A DNA stretch of 64,000 bases from NCBI GenBank assembly GCA_002699555.1, contig PABN01000042.1, positions 374 through 64,373 of the forward strand. The letters are read 5' to 3'. The stretch comes from Dehalococcoidia bacterium (lineage in GTDB: Bacteria; Actinomycetota; Acidimicrobiia; Acidimicrobiales; MedAcidi-G1). Shown here piece by piece: positions 1 to 10,633 of the stretch. A program made the position numbers and the translations under genes. Each line of letters starts with the position of its first letter. Positions within the stretch are counted from its first letter, which is position 1. The notes beneath the pieces are model-generated. The model saw nothing but the letters and a program-made list of their open reading frames with translations. It made no database searches and had not been told where the DNA came from.

Positions 1-326
1 ATTCTGAGTGCCATTGGCATTATTGGCCCCCAACCCATTCCCTCAAGTCCGTATGGTCCAACTCTTTCTAAAGCTTCGTCTTGAAAGTACCTGAGTAGTT
101 CTTCACAGGCCTTAAAAGGAATCAAGCCGCTTGTCAGTTCCATTGTCTCTATGTTGACTGTCGCTTTCGGAACTGTTGTTAAGTTCGTATTCTCAAAAGA
201 ATTTGTTGGCGAAGAATAGTTTTCATTTGTATCTAAGGAGTAGCCAGATGTACTGATGCTGGAAGTCTCATTTGCACAATTAACTGAAAATAAGATCAAG
301 ACGACTAGTAGGCTTAGTATTTTCAT
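1..326 (-). CDS. Secreted/lipoprotein, probable beta-propeller domain protein (3' end lies outside window)
   Basis: Manual translation from ATG 326: MKILSLLVVLILFSVNCANETSS...PFKACEELLRYFQDEALERVGPYGL. Hydrophobic signal ending at Cys; the CEELL..F..EALERVGPYGL segment resembles N-termini of actinobacterial Beta_propel-family proteins. Frame open to the window edge. Confidence 0.6.
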   Translation of the reverse strand, partial: MKILSLLVVLILFSVNCANETSSISTSGYSLDTNENYSSPTNSFENTNLTTVPKATVNIETMELTSGLIPFKACEELLRYFQDEALERVGPYGLEGMGWGPIMPMALR

Positions 327-352
327 ATTTTGACTTCTTATTTTACTTCTTT

Positions 353-949
353 TTAAACACTAATAGAAGGAAGCCAAGCTGGTCTGTCTTGTTGATATTT
401 GTGGATCACTTCTTCATGTTTCATTGTGATACCGATATCATCTAGACCCTTCAAGAATCTCTCTTGCACTGTCTCCTCTAGAGGAAAACTGCAAGAAATG
501 TTTGCATCAGGAACCTCTAGAGTGCGTTGTGCCACATCTACAGTCAAAATTAGTTCTGGGTCGTTCTCTATCGCTTGGAGTAAATCTTTACCTATCTGCT
601 CTGGTACCTCAACTGGGACAAGTCCATTTTTAGTGCAGTTGTTTCTGAAAATATCTGCAAAGCGAGGTGATACCACTGCTTTGAATCCGTATTGTTGGAT
701 CGCCCAGACTGCATGCTCTCTAGAGGATCCGGTTCCAAAATTTGGTCCAGCTACAAGTATTGTTGCCTCTCTAAAACGCTCATCGTTAAGCACAAAAGAA
801 GGATCGTCTCTCCATTCGCTGAACAACCCTCTGTCGAAACCAGTTCTTTCTACCCGCTTAAGCCAGTCGCTTGGAATTATTTGATCCGTGTCTACGTCAG
901 AGCGGCTTAAAGGAAGCGCTGTGCCAAAAACTATTTCTACTGGTTCCAT
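353..949 (-). CDS. leuD: 3-isopropylmalate dehydratase small subunit
   Basis: DVDTDQIIP, NFGTGSSREHA motifs; directly downstream of leuC. Confidence 0.97.
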   Translation of the reverse strand: MEPVEIVFGTALPLSRSDVDTDQIIPSDWLKRVERTGFDRGLFSEWRDDPSFVLNDERFREATILVAGPNFGTGSSREHAVWAIQQYGFKAVVSPRFADIFRNNCTKNGLVPVEVPEQIGKDLLQAIENDPELILTVDVAQRTLEVPDANISCSFPLEETVQERFLKGLDDIGITMKHEEVIHKYQQDRPAWLPSISV

Positions 950-951
950 AA

Positions 952-2370
952 CTACTTCTCTTCTCTCCTGTCTAGGTCTTCAGGTGTGGCAAAAGTTCCT
1001 GCAATAGCTGTAGCTGCTGCTACCGCGGGTGAAACCAAATGCGTTCTACCCCCTCTACCTTGACGTCCTTCAAAATTTCGATTGCTTGTACTTGCACAAC
1101 GTTCATCTTTTTTAAGTTTGTCTGGGTTCATCGCAAGACACATAGAACATCCAGGCTCGCGCCAGTCGAATCCAGCTTCTTGAAAGATTTCATGAAGCCC
1201 TTCAGATTCTGCTTGAGCTTTAACCGACCCTGACCCCGGAACCACGAGGGTCCTGACTCCAGCTGCAACTTGTTGCCCTTGAGCAACTTTTGCAGCTTCT
1301 CTGAGATCCTCTATACGACTATTCGTGCACGAGCCAATAAAAACTGTGTCTACTGGAATTTCAGAGATTTTTTCTCCTGCTGTGATCCCCATATACTCAA
1401 GTGCTCTTCTTGCTGATTCCTGCTGTGAAGGTTCAGAAAATTGCTCAGGGTCTGGGACTAGACCTTTTATTGGTGCAACCTGTCCTGGATTTGTTCCCCA
1501 AGTTACATGTGGTGAAATTTCATTTCCATCTAAAACTATTTCCTCATCAAATTTAGCATCTTCGTCAGTAGCCAAAGATTTCCAGTCCTCTATTGCTTCT
1601 TCCCATTGATTATCACTCGGACTGTAGGTTCTGCCTTTTAGGTATTCGAAAGTTGTTTCGTCTGGTGCTATTAATCCTGCTTTAGCCCCAGCCTCGATCG
1701 ACATATTGCAGACAGTCATCCTTCCTTCCATTGAAAGATTTCTGATGGCCTCACCTCTATATTCAATTATTTTTCCTATCCCACCACCTGTTCCTAATTC
1801 TCCGATGATCGCGAGGATCAGATCCTTTGCAGTGGTCCCTTCAGGAAGATTTCCATCTACTGTCACTGCTAGGGTTCCAGGTTCCGTTTGAGGAAGTGTT
1901 TGTGTTGCTAAAACATGTTCGACTTCACTTGTGCCGATTCCAAATGCAAGCGCTCCAAATGCCCCATGAGTACTGGTATGACTGTCGCCGCAAACGACGG
2001 TCATACCGGGGAGTGTAAGCCCCATTTCTGGTCCTATGACATGGACAATTCCTTGACCCTGATCTCCCATTGAAAAAAGGCGTATACCGAATTCAGAGCA
2101 GTTATTTCTTAAAGTTTCTATTTGTTTACGACTAATTGGATCTGCTATAGGTTGATCTATCTGTGCAGTAGGAACATTGTGATCCTCAGTCGCAACTGTT
2201 AAGTCGGGACGGAGAACTTCTCTACCTGCTATTCGCAAACCGTCAAAAGCTTGTGGCGAAGTGACTTCGTGGACAAGATGCAGGTCAATAAAAAGCAGGT
2301 CAGAACTGCTTCCATCACTGTGAACTACATGCCGTTCCCAAACTTTTTGACTTAATGTTTTACCTGACAT
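952..2370 (-). CDS. leuC: 3-isopropylmalate dehydratase large subunit
   Basis: [40 protein letters not shown]. Confidence 0.98.
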   Translation of the reverse strand: MSGKTLSQKVWERHVVHSDGSSSDLLFIDLHLVHEVTSPQAFDGLRIAGREVLRPDLTVATEDHNVPTAQIDQPIADPISRKQIETLRNNCSEFGIRLFSMGDQGQGIVHVIGPEMGLTLPGMTVVCGDSHTSTHGAFGALAFGIGTSEVEHVLATQTLPQTEPGTLAVTVDGNLPEGTTAKDLILAIIGELGTGGGIGKIIEYRGEAIRNLSMEGRMTVCNMSIEAGAKAGLIAPDETTFEYLKGRTYSPSDNQWEEAIEDWKSLATDEDAKFDEEIVLDGNEISPHVTWGTNPGQVAPIKGLVPDPEQFSEPSQQESARRALEYMGITAGEKISEIPVDTVFIGSCTNSRIEDLREAAKVAQGQQVAAGVRTLVVPGSGSVKAQAESEGLHEIFQEAGFDWREPGCSMCLAMNPDKLKKDERCASTSNRNFEGRQGRGGRTHLVSPAVAAATAIAGTFATPEDLDRREEK

Positions 2371-2394
2371 AAGAATTTTTAACCCTAATCTTTC

Positions 2395-3969
2395 CTACCC
2401 GATATGACCAGGGCGCTCAATTTCTTCTGGATTCTCTCCTGAGTTTCTAACTCGAACAACTTTATTTAAAGCTGAGATAAACGCTCTAGCAGAAGCTTCA
2501 ACAACATCTGTAGATAAACCCCTACCTGAGACTTTCAGTCCATCTGTACTTTCGAATGAAAGAGCCACATCTGCCAACGCGTCGACACCACCTGTAACTG
2601 ACATAACGGTGTAATCAGTTAATCGCCCGTCTATATCTGTTGCTTTTTTTATTGCTGTGCATGCAGCATCCACCATCCCATCACCTTCAGACGACGCATT
2701 TATTTGCACTCCGTCTGATTCTAAAACAACTTCTGCTTCAGGGGTGTTGGCGTTACCTCCTTTAACGTCGAGCGTCACCAGTTCAAATGAATTCTCAATT
2801 GAACTACCTATCTCTTCAGCAACTAATGCCTCTAAATCCGCATCACTAAGTTGCACTTTCCGGTCGGCTAATTCTTTAAATCGTGAAAAAGCGTTATTCA
2901 ACGCGTCGCCTTGTATGTCTAGGCCCATTTTTGAAAGCGCATCTTTGAATGCCGCTCTGCCTGAGTGTTTTCCTAATACCAATTTGCTTCCATCTTGTCC
3001 AACTGCAGAAGGATCCATTATCTCATAGGTAGTTCTTTCATTTAGAACGCCGTGTTGATGTATTCCAGACTCATGTGCGAATGCATTTCTCCCAACAACA
3101 GCTTTGTTGTATTGAACCGGATATCCAGTTAGACGACTTACCATCCGACTTGATCGGGCTAATTCTTCGGTTTCAATTCCAACTTCAAGATTTGGGTATA
3201 TATCAGGACGCGTCCTTAACGTCATAACTATTTCCTCCATCGCTGCGTTTCCTGCTCTTTCTCCAATCCCATTTATCGTGCATTCAACTTGTCGAGCTCC
3301 AGAGACAACAGCTGCTAACGAATTCGCTACTGCTAAACCAAGATCATTATGACAGTGAGTACTGATTATGTACTCTCCTTTAACTCTTTCTCTTATTAAC
3401 GTGATCCTCTCGGCCCATTCGTGAGGTGTCGCATAACCTACGGTGTCAGGGATATTTAATGTTCCTGCCCCATTATCAACTGCCGCTTGTAGTACGTCGC
3501 ACATGAAATCGAAATCTGATCTAGATGCATCTTCAGGACTGAATTCAACATCATCTGTGTATTCTCGGGCTCTACCCACTGCAGAAGCAGCCTCTGCTAA
3601 AACCTGTTCAGGTGTCATTTTCAGTTTGTGTTCCATGTGAGTCGGGCTCGTAGCTATAAATGTATGGATTCTTCTTTTTTCTGCTGGCTCTATTGCTTCC
3701 CAACAACGGTCAATGTCTTTGTAGCTTGTACGAGAAAGCCCACAAATTACTGGTCCTCTAACATTTGAAGCTATTGCATGCACTGCGTCGAAATCACCTT
3801 GGCTTGCAATTGGAAAACCTGCTTCGATGTAATCAACTCCCAGTCGAGCAAGTTGGCCCGCTATTTCTAGTTTTTCTCCTACATCAAGAGAAATGCCCGG
3901 CGATTGTTCACCATCTCTTAAAGTGGTATCGAAAATAACCACTTTTTCTTTAGCGGTATCGGTGCTCAT
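2395..3969 (-). CDS. leuA: 2-isopropylmalate synthase
   Basis: DTTLRDGEQ, HCHNDLG, GIGERAGNA, AHESGIHQHG, LGKHSGR, C-terminal regulatory domain. Confidence 0.97.
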   Translation of the reverse strand: MSTDTAKEKVVIFDTTLRDGEQSPGISLDVGEKLEIAGQLARLGVDYIEAGFPIASQGDFDAVHAIASNVRGPVICGLSRTSYKDIDRCWEAIEPAEKRRIHTFIATSPTHMEHKLKMTPEQVLAEAASAVGRAREYTDDVEFSPEDASRSDFDFMCDVLQAAVDNGAGTLNIPDTVGYATPHEWAERITLIRERVKGEYIISTHCHNDLGLAVANSLAAVVSGARQVECTINGIGERAGNAAMEEIVMTLRTRPDIYPNLEVGIETEELARSSRMVSRLTGYPVQYNKAVVGRNAFAHESGIHQHGVLNERTTYEIMDPSAVGQDGSKLVLGKHSGRAAFKDALSKMGLDIQGDALNNAFSRFKELADRKVQLSDADLEALVAEEIGSSIENSFELVTLDVKGGNANTPEAEVVLESDGVQINASSEGDGMVDAACTAIKKATDIDGRLTDYTVMSVTGGVDALADVALSFESTDGLKVSGRGLSTDVVEASARAFISALNKVVRVRNSGENPEEIERPGHIG

Positions 3970-4016
3970 TATTTTGTCTCCGTTGTTTAAATATTTTCAT
4001 TCTTGTTTCTAAAAGT

Positions 4017-4047
4017 AAAAAACCTCCCGGCCTTTGGCTCAGGAGGT
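4017..4047 (-). terminator. Attenuator terminator of the leu leader
   Basis: Minus strand ACCTCC-TGA-GCC-AAA-GGC-CG-GGAGGT followed by a U run, about 50 nt upstream of the leuA start. Confidence 0.85.
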
Positions 4048-4076
4048 GCGGACGAACGCGTTTATATGCGTCCGCC

Positions 4077-4109
4077 CTACATAAGCAAGAGAAGGTTCTT
4101 GATTCTCAT
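4077..4109 (-). CDS. leuL: leu operon leader peptide MRIKNLLLLM
   Basis: ATG AGA ATC AAG AAC CTT CTC TTG CTT ATG TAG: four consecutive Leu codons, followed by antiterminator and terminator hairpins; TAGAAT box 7 nt upstream. Confidence 0.9.
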   Translation of the reverse strand: MRIKNLLLLM

Positions 4110-4163
4110 AAGTTTTATTCTAGTAGCTATTAGGTGAAGGTAAGCAAACTTTTTTATTTTGAT

Positions 4164-6083
4164 TCAAATATTGTTTTCAACCAATATTTTTGGGAGGTCA
4201 TCAAAAGGCTCAAAATTGAAAATCTGGGCAAAAAAAGCTAGCTCTGATTCAATTGCTTTTGTGATGTTAGGAGCTTTTCTGAATCCATGACCTTCATCTG
4301 GGAATTCTATTAGTGAATGGGGTATGCCATTTTCGTTTAATTTTTTTGCCATTAAGTGTGCTTGATTTGGTGGAACGATTGGGTCTTCTAGTCCTTGGAG
4401 TATCACCATTGGTGTTGTTAGCCGTTCAATGTGATGAATCGGTGATCTCTGTTTGTAAATCTCTTCGTCTTTAGGCCATTCTCCTACAAGTCGATCTAAA
4501 TATCTAGATTCAAACTTATGTGTATCTTTTGCAAGTATCGCTAAATCTGCAATCCCATATCTGCTTGCTCCTGCAGTAAAAGTGTCGTGGAATGTTAGAG
4601 CTGCTAAGACTGTGAATCCCCCTGCGCTACCTCCCTTTATAGCTAATTTGTTTTTGTCTACTTTTTTTTGAATAACTAGGTTTTTTGCTACTGCAACGCA
4701 GTCGTCTACGTCTGCTACTCCCCAACTATTATGCAGACGGTGTCGAAATGATCTTCCATATCCTGTTGAGCCGCGGTAATCGACATCTGCTACTGCAAAT
4801 CCTCGACTTGTCCAATAAGCGATGGATAGTTGAAGTTGGCGTCTTGCAGCTCCTGTAGGCCCTCCATGGGCGAGAACTATAAGTGGTGGGTTTTCTTTTT
4901 CGCTGATTTCATATTCAGGATTTGTCGGTGAGTAGAAAAGAGCGTGTGCCTTTTCAGAATCTGAAGTTTGATAAGTTAAAGTTTCTGGTACTGGAAACCA
5001 ATTTTCGTCTATACCAAGTTCACGAGTTTTACTTAAAGGGCGCATCTCTTTCCTGTTGATAAACATCACTGATGATTCAGACTTCCATGAACTTACGGTT
5101 GCAACTATTCCATCTTGATAACTTGTTACAGACTCAATCTCAGTTGCATCAAGTTTTATTTGTTCTAATCGCCCATCAGGTGAAAGGACTGCGAGCTTAT
5201 CGGTGCCAAGTTCCCTATAAGCAAACCAAATATCATCTCCAACAAATGCATATCTGGACTGACCGAATACCCATTGGGGTAAACCTATTTCTGCTTCGAT
5301 ATTGGTAAGTGGTGTCAGTTTCATTTCTTTTAGGCTTTGGTCCACTCGGAAGAGGTTCCACCAGTTGTTTCGATCACTTACTACATACAAGTTTCCTTGA
5401 TTATCCCATTCGGGTTGGAAGAAAGCCTCTGCTTTCGATTTCAGTACTTTTTGATTGGTTATAACCATTTCTTCTAGTGATGCAATGCATAACTCCGTGT
5501 TATCCCATGGCATGTTTGGGTGATTCCATTGCACCCAAGCAATCTGATTACCTTCTTTCGATATTCTCGGAGAGGAAACAAAATCAGGCCCTGAAACTAA
5601 AATCTTTATTTGCTGAGATCCGTCTAAGGGAACTGCGACAATCTCATTTGAGGGTTCTTCACCATTTTCAGTGTGAAGTTCTCTTACGCATACATACCAT
5701 TGCTCATTGTTGGTTATTCGACCATCGGCATATCTGTAACCCTGCAAAGTTTCTGGTTCAGGAGTTAAAGGAATTGAATCACCTGATCCGCCTAGACGGT
5801 ATAAACGTTGATCCGAGTATTGACTGTAAACAAGAGTTCCGTTCGCAACCCTCCATGCGCTGCCTCCATATTCGTGAACTAGCGTTCTGACGTTTACATC
5901 CTGACCTGTTTGGTCCATTCCATTACGAACAAGGACTGTTCGACCGCCTTGATCTGGTCGTGATTCCGACCACCAGACATCTTCTCCGTCTGCAATGATT
6001 TCGCCAAGTCTTACTGCTCCGCCAACCAACATTTCTGATGTAATGGCCGACTCCCATGTCCCACAAGGTTTGGTTATGGCCAT
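4164..6083 (-). CDS. S9 family (prolyl oligopeptidase/acylaminoacyl) peptidase
   Basis: PCGTWESAIT N-terminus, HGGPT, DYRGSTGYGR, GGSAGG nucleophile, DPIVPP, EGHGF. Confidence 0.92.
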   Translation of the reverse strand: MAITKPCGTWESAITSEMLVGGAVRLGEIIADGEDVWWSESRPDQGGRTVLVRNGMDQTGQDVNVRTLVHEYGGSAWRVANGTLVYSQYSDQRLYRLGGSGDSIPLTPEPETLQGYRYADGRITNNEQWYVCVRELHTENGEEPSNEIVAVPLDGSQQIKILVSGPDFVSSPRISKEGNQIAWVQWNHPNMPWDNTELCIASLEEMVITNQKVLKSKAEAFFQPEWDNQGNLYVVSDRNNWWNLFRVDQSLKEMKLTPLTNIEAEIGLPQWVFGQSRYAFVGDDIWFAYRELGTDKLAVLSPDGRLEQIKLDATEIESVTSYQDGIVATVSSWKSESSVMFINRKEMRPLSKTRELGIDENWFPVPETLTYQTSDSEKAHALFYSPTNPEYEISEKENPPLIVLAHGGPTGAARRQLQLSIAYWTSRGFAVADVDYRGSTGYGRSFRHRLHNSWGVADVDDCVAVAKNLVIQKKVDKNKLAIKGGSAGGFTVLAALTFHDTFTAGASRYGIADLAILAKDTHKFESRYLDRLVGEWPKDEEIYKQRSPIHHIERLTTPMVILQGLEDPIVPPNQAHLMAKKLNENGIPHSLIEFPDEGHGFRKAPNITKAIESELAFFAQIFNFEPFDDLPKILVENNI

Positions 6084-6087
6084 GAAA

Positions 6088-7287
6088 TCAATTATTAAGC
6101 AATTGGGTAATTCGAGTGAGACCTTCTTCTAAGTCTTCGTCACCGAGAGCAAAAGATAGTCTTGCATATCCTGGAGAACCGAAAGCTTCTCCAGGGACTA
6201 TAGCTACTTTTGCCTCTTCTAAAATTATTGCAGCGAGTTCAAGAGTATTTTGTGCCTTTTTGCCTGCTATGTCGCGATCATAAAAAGCTGAGAGGTCAGG
6301 AAAGGCGTAAAATGCCCCTTGTGTTTCTAGAAGTTTGACACCTTCAATACTGGTCAGCATCTCAGTCATGGTTCTTCTACGTCGATCAAAAGATTCTCTC
6401 ATCCTTATGACATCTTTCAGATCTCCGCTAACTGCTGCTAATGCCGCCCTTTGTGAGACGTTAGCTACGTTTGATGTAGCGTGAGATTGAAGGTTGCTTG
6501 CAGCAGAAATAACATCAGTAGGACCTATCATCCAACCGACTCTCCAACCTGTCATTGCATAAGTCTTAGCTACTCCGTTTACTATCAAACACTGATCCTC
6601 TATTTCAGGCACTAAGGCTCTAATAGAGTGATGTTCATGCCCTTCGTAAGTTAAGTGCTCATATATTTCATCTGCAATAATCCAGACTCCTCTTTCAATC
6701 GCCCATTTTCCAATCGCAATTATCTCTTCAGCGGAATATACGGCGCCTGTAGGGTTCGAAGGTGAGACGAAAAAGAGAGCTTTTGTTGATGGTGTTGTTG
6801 CAGCTTCTAACTGCTCTACTGTGACTTTGAATTCTGATTGAATATCCGTTGGCACCTCGACTGTGATTCCTCCTGCAAGTGCAATGGCCTCGGGGTAAGT
6901 TGTCCAATACGGGGCTGGGAGCAGTACTTCATCTCCAGGATCGATCAATACGGCACATGAATTGTAAACAGCATGTTTTCCGCCGTTTGTTATCAGGATT
7001 TGTGCAGTCTCAGGTTTCCATTTTGAATCTCGTTCAGTTTTACCGACTAATGCTTCTCTCAATTCTGGAAGGCCAGATGCTGGTCCATAACGGTGGTTTG
7101 CTGGTTCACGGCAAGCTGCAATTGCTGCCTCAACGATGTGGTCAGGTGTCGGGAAATCGGGTTCACCTGCTCCGAAACCAATTACTGGTTCTCCTGCTTC
7201 TCTCAAAACTCTTGCCTTATTGGTTACTGCCATAGTGGCAGACTCAGATATTGAGGCAATTCTGTGTGATATTCGATTTTTTGTCAT
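6088..7287 (-). CDS. Class I/II PLP-dependent (aspartate-type) aminotransferase
   Basis: [34 protein letters not shown]. Confidence 0.93.
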   Translation of the reverse strand: MTKNRISHRIASISESATMAVTNKARVLREAGEPVIGFGAGEPDFPTPDHIVEAAIAACREPANHRYGPASGLPELREALVGKTERDSKWKPETAQILITNGGKHAVYNSCAVLIDPGDEVLLPAPYWTTYPEAIALAGGITVEVPTDIQSEFKVTVEQLEAATTPSTKALFFVSPSNPTGAVYSAEEIIAIGKWAIERGVWIIADEIYEHLTYEGHEHHSIRALVPEIEDQCLIVNGVAKTYAMTGWRVGWMIGPTDVISAASNLQSHATSNVANVSQRAALAAVSGDLKDVIRMRESFDRRRRTMTEMLTSIEGVKLLETQGAFYAFPDLSAFYDRDIAGKKAQNTLELAAIILEEAKVAIVPGEAFGSPGYARLSFALGDEDLEEGLTRITQLLNN

Positions 7288-7361
7288 TGTCCTATTTTCT
7301 TATGTCCGTAACACGAATCTAGAGCCTACGTGATGCAACAGTGAAGGCTTTATTATATTTT

Positions 7362-7751
7362 CTAACCACAAGCTTCAAAATAAGGTCTCAGATACTCTCT
7401 TGTAATATCACCGCGGGCTTTCTGCGATAAGCCTTGATAAGAAAGACACGCTGTTTTACTGAGTTCTTCTTCACTGCAATTCAATTCAGAAGATCTCATG
7501 AGAAAATCTTTTGTTTGTGCTAGGTCTTCAATTTTTTTTATGGTTTTATTTAACTCTTGTTCTTGAATTTTGTTTAGTTCTTTTTCTTCTATTTCTTCTA
7601 GTACTAATTCAGCAATATTTCTTCCTATTTGTACGAGCTCTTCACAGGTTCTTGCTTGACCAGGTTTACTTGGTTCCGTTTTGGCACAGCTAAGAGTCAA
7701 CAACGCAAAAATTATTGTTAACGAACATGTTCTAATTTTTGTTGAAAACAC
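7362..7751 (-). CDS. Hypothetical lipoprotein
   Basis: Hydrophobic signal with lipobox LTLSC; four further Cys; fills the gap in a co-oriented gene run. Confidence 0.6.
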   Translation of the reverse strand: MFSTKIRTCSLTIIFALLTLSCAKTEPSKPGQARTCEELVQIGRNIAELVLEEIEEKELNKIQEQELNKTIKKIEDLAQTKDFLMRSSELNCSEEELSKTACLSYQGLSQKARGDITREYLRPYFEACG

Positions 7752-7768
7752 TTTAAAAAGTCATACGG

Positions 7769-8842
7769 CTAAATTGGGCAAATATCCAAGACGCCTCTAG
7801 CAAGACGGCCTTCATGCATATCCTCTAAAAGTGTGTGTATTTCTTCCATCGGGTAAACACGGCTTACCAGTTCGTCTAATTTGAATTTACCTGCCTTGTA
7901 TAGTTCGCAAATGCGAGTTACATCCGTCTGCGGTCTGGAAGTCCCGTAGCGGCATCCCATAATTGTCACATCTAGATATGCAGCTACGGTCATGAATTCG
8001 ACTGTGCTGCCGAGTGGTGGCACACCGAGTATTACTAGAGTTCCTCCCCAATCCAAATAACCTACTGATTCCTCAATCAGTGCTTTGGAACCTACACACT
8101 CGAAGACATAGTCGACTCCATCAGCGCGTATTTTACGAATTTCCTGGTTTGTATCAACATCTGTTGCATTAATGAAATGTGTAGCTCCGAAATCTATAGC
8201 TAAGTCGCCTTTTTCAGAATTTGTATCAATCGCAATAATGGGATTAGCGCCAGCTATTGCTGCGGCCTGGATGGCATTCAAACCAATCCCTCCCACGCCT
8301 ACAACTGCAACACTTTCTCCTGGTTTAACCTTTGCGCGGTTAAATACAGCACCTGAACCTGTAAGAACCCCGCATCCGATTAGGGATGCTGCAGTCAAAG
8401 GCACGTCTTCTGGTATACGAATTGCTTGATTTGCTTTAACGACTACATTTTCTGAAAAAGCAGAGATGTTAGCGAAGTTGTAATACGGTTCACCATCTAA
8501 AGAAAACGGTGTGTCTCTAGCCCCAAAAGTAGATTTACACATTGTTGGTTGTCCTGCGTCGCAGGAAGGGCAAGCCCCGCACTGGCCTAACGTCGATAAC
8601 ACGACATGATCGCCTGGAGCAACTGAAGTGACAGCTGAGCCAACTTCTGTAACAACCCCAGCCCCTTCGTGTCCGAGCACCAAGGGAGTGGGAAATGGGA
8701 TCGTGCCGTCTATGACGCTTACATCACTGTGACAAACTCCAGCGTTAACGATCTTGACGGTAACTTCCCCTGCTCCTGGTGAACGCACTTCTAAACCTTC
8801 TACCAGCCGGAGTTCTTCTCCGTCAAAAACAATCCCTTTCAT
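7769..8842 (-). CDS. Zn-dependent alcohol dehydrogenase (class III-like MDR)
   Basis: GVCHSD, GHEGAG, CGACPSC...C structural Zn site, GVGGIG; GGAGG RBS. Confidence 0.92.
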   Translation of the reverse strand: MKGIVFDGEELRLVEGLEVRSPGAGEVTVKIVNAGVCHSDVSVIDGTIPFPTPLVLGHEGAGVVTEVGSAVTSVAPGDHVVLSTLGQCGACPSCDAGQPTMCKSTFGARDTPFSLDGEPYYNFANISAFSENVVVKANQAIRIPEDVPLTAASLIGCGVLTGSGAVFNRAKVKPGESVAVVGVGGIGLNAIQAAAIAGANPIIAIDTNSEKGDLAIDFGATHFINATDVDTNQEIRKIRADGVDYVFECVGSKALIEESVGYLDWGGTLVILGVPPLGSTVEFMTVAAYLDVTIMGCRYGTSRPQTDVTRICELYKAGKFKLDELVSRVYPMEEIHTLLEDMHEGRLARGVLDICPI

Positions 8843-8903
8843 CTCAAACCTCCAACATTGAATTATTATTCTCCAGCGAATTTAACTTGAATTCCATAGT
8901 GCA

Positions 8904-9629
8904 TTAATAATGCAGTATCAATATCACAGCTCCAAAGTGGGCTGCTACGGCTAAAACTACTAAAGAGTGCCAAACTTCGTGGTATCCAAAAACTTTAGGT
9001 TTAAGTTTTGGCCACTGAGCACCTAGCATAAGTGCCCCTCCTATATAAAAGATTCCCTCTAGGACTATAAACGAGGCTGGGAAAATGTCTATTGCTCTGA
9101 AGAGGCTGGGAGCTACGACCAAAGGAAGACATCCGAGAGCTATGAATAATGTGTTCATCAGCCCTTTAGGTGGGTGGAAAGGCAAAACTCTAAGAAGAAT
9201 TCCCACCCCTGCTCCAATCCAAACACTCCAAAGCATCACTTTTGCTGGGGTCCCATCCATGGCGATCAATGCAAGTGAAGAAGCTCCAGATGCAATCATC
9301 AAAAATATGGCGGCATGGTCTAATCGAAACAAAATCTCAAGAAGAGATATTTTCCATCGTCGAAGATGAACCAGTCCGCTTGTCGCGAACATTGCAAATG
9401 CCCCTACAGTAAAAATTACGGCACCTATTCTTTCACGTCCTGCTGGTGCTGATGAGGCTAGAAATATTCCTGCAATAAGAGTTAGTGGTCCTGCAATTCT
9501 GTGTAAACGCCCTCTCCATTTGGGTCTCGGGTTTGATAGAACTCTGTATACAGAAGGTGAAACATTTTCTGGAATCAATTCATCTGGAATTGCTTCGTTT
9601 TCATATTTAGATTCAATCAAACTACTCAC
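8904..9629 (-). CDS. Hemolysin III/PAQR family membrane protein
   Basis: RPKWRGRLH, RLDHAAIF, FGYHEVWH; about 7 TM segments. Confidence 0.9.
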   Translation of the reverse strand: MSSLIESKYENEAIPDELIPENVSPSVYRVLSNPRPKWRGRLHRIAGPLTLIAGIFLASSAPAGRERIGAVIFTVGAFAMFATSGLVHLRRWKISLLEILFRLDHAAIFLMIASGASSLALIAMDGTPAKVMLWSVWIGAGVGILLRVLPFHPPKGLMNTLFIALGCLPLVVAPSLFRAIDIFPASFIVLEGIFYIGGALMLGAQWPKLKPKVFGYHEVWHSLVVLAVAAHFGAVILILHY

Positions 9630-9665
9630 GACAATAAATGCTTTGTTCTTTTTTCGATTTTCCCA

Positions 9666-9962
9666 TTACACAACTAATCGTATAACGGCTGTAGAAAGCA
9701 TTGCTGTCAATACAACCAATGTGAAGGGCATTTTTTTCCAGACTGCCAAGCCGCCTATTCCTACCCCTACCAGTCGTGCATCTACTGCTAATGAGCCGTC
9801 ATCTGAAATAGACATAATCACGATTAAGGCTGAGAAAAGTGCTGCCGGCAAAAGAGCAGTTCCTGGAGCTAGGTGTTTAGAGAACCTCTGCCCAGCTACA
9901 AGTCCTAAAAGTTTGAATGCATAACTACCAACGGACAATGCGATTACTGCACCCCAAGTCAT
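9666..9962 (-). CDS. AzlD-like branched-chain amino acid exporter small subunit
   Basis: LLPAALFSAL, DAR motif; 4-nt overlap with the AzlC-like gene. Confidence 0.82.
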   Translation of the reverse strand: MTWGAVIALSVGSYAFKLLGLVAGQRFSKHLAPGTALLPAALFSALIVIMSISDDGSLAVDARLVGVGIGGLAVWKKMPFTLVVLTAMLSTAVIRLVV

Positions 9963-10633
9963 AAGGTTCTCTTTTTCTTTTGTTGTGCTAACAATCCAGG
10001 CAAAATAGCTGCAGACGCTAGAAGTATCGGCATGCCCACTGGTGTGAGTGGAATACTAACTAGAGTTACAATTCCAGCTACTAGTGCAGTAATCTTTCCT
10101 TCTCTCGTAAGAACATGTGGAATGATTAACGCAACAAATGCTGCTGGAAAAGCAGCATCAAGACCCCATGAACCTGGGTTTTCAAGGATGCCCCCTAGTA
10201 ACACTCCTAAAATTGTTCCTATATTCCAAAATACGAAAAGGCATATTCCTGTAAACCAAAATGAATCTCGAGAGTCTTTATTAGTTTCTTGTGCACTGGC
10301 TATCGCTATGGTTTCATCAATCACGAAATGGGCAGCTACTGCTTTTTTTAATTTCCCGTTATTTAAAGATTTTGTTACCACAGGCCCGTATAGTGCATTT
10401 CTCGCTGAAAGTAAAAGGGCACTACTGACAGCTGCTGCCGGATTGCCTCCACCGTCTATTACTGAGACTGCTGTGAACTGTGATGCACCAGTAAATGTGA
10501 GAATGGAAAGTGCTGATGCTTGCAAAAGTGAGAGCCCGGCAGTGTCAGCAAAAACTCCATAGGTTATGCCTATTAGGCCACAAGCTGCCGCTAGCGTAAA
10601 CCCATTTTTTTGATATGTGTTAAATCTTTTCAT
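9959..10633 (-). CDS. azlC: AzlC-like branched-chain amino acid exporter
   Basis: FTGASQF, ARNALYG, IDETIA, GLDAAFPAAF. Confidence 0.88.
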   Translation of the reverse strand: MKRFNTYQKNGFTLAAACGLIGITYGVFADTAGLSLLQASALSILTFTGASQFTAVSVIDGGGNPAAAVSSALLLSARNALYGPVVTKSLNNGKLKKAVAAHFVIDETIAIASAQETNKDSRDSFWFTGICLFVFWNIGTILGVLLGGILENPGSWGLDAAFPAAFVALIIPHVLTREGKITALVAGIVTLVSIPLTPVGMPILLASAAILPGLLAQQKKKRTL

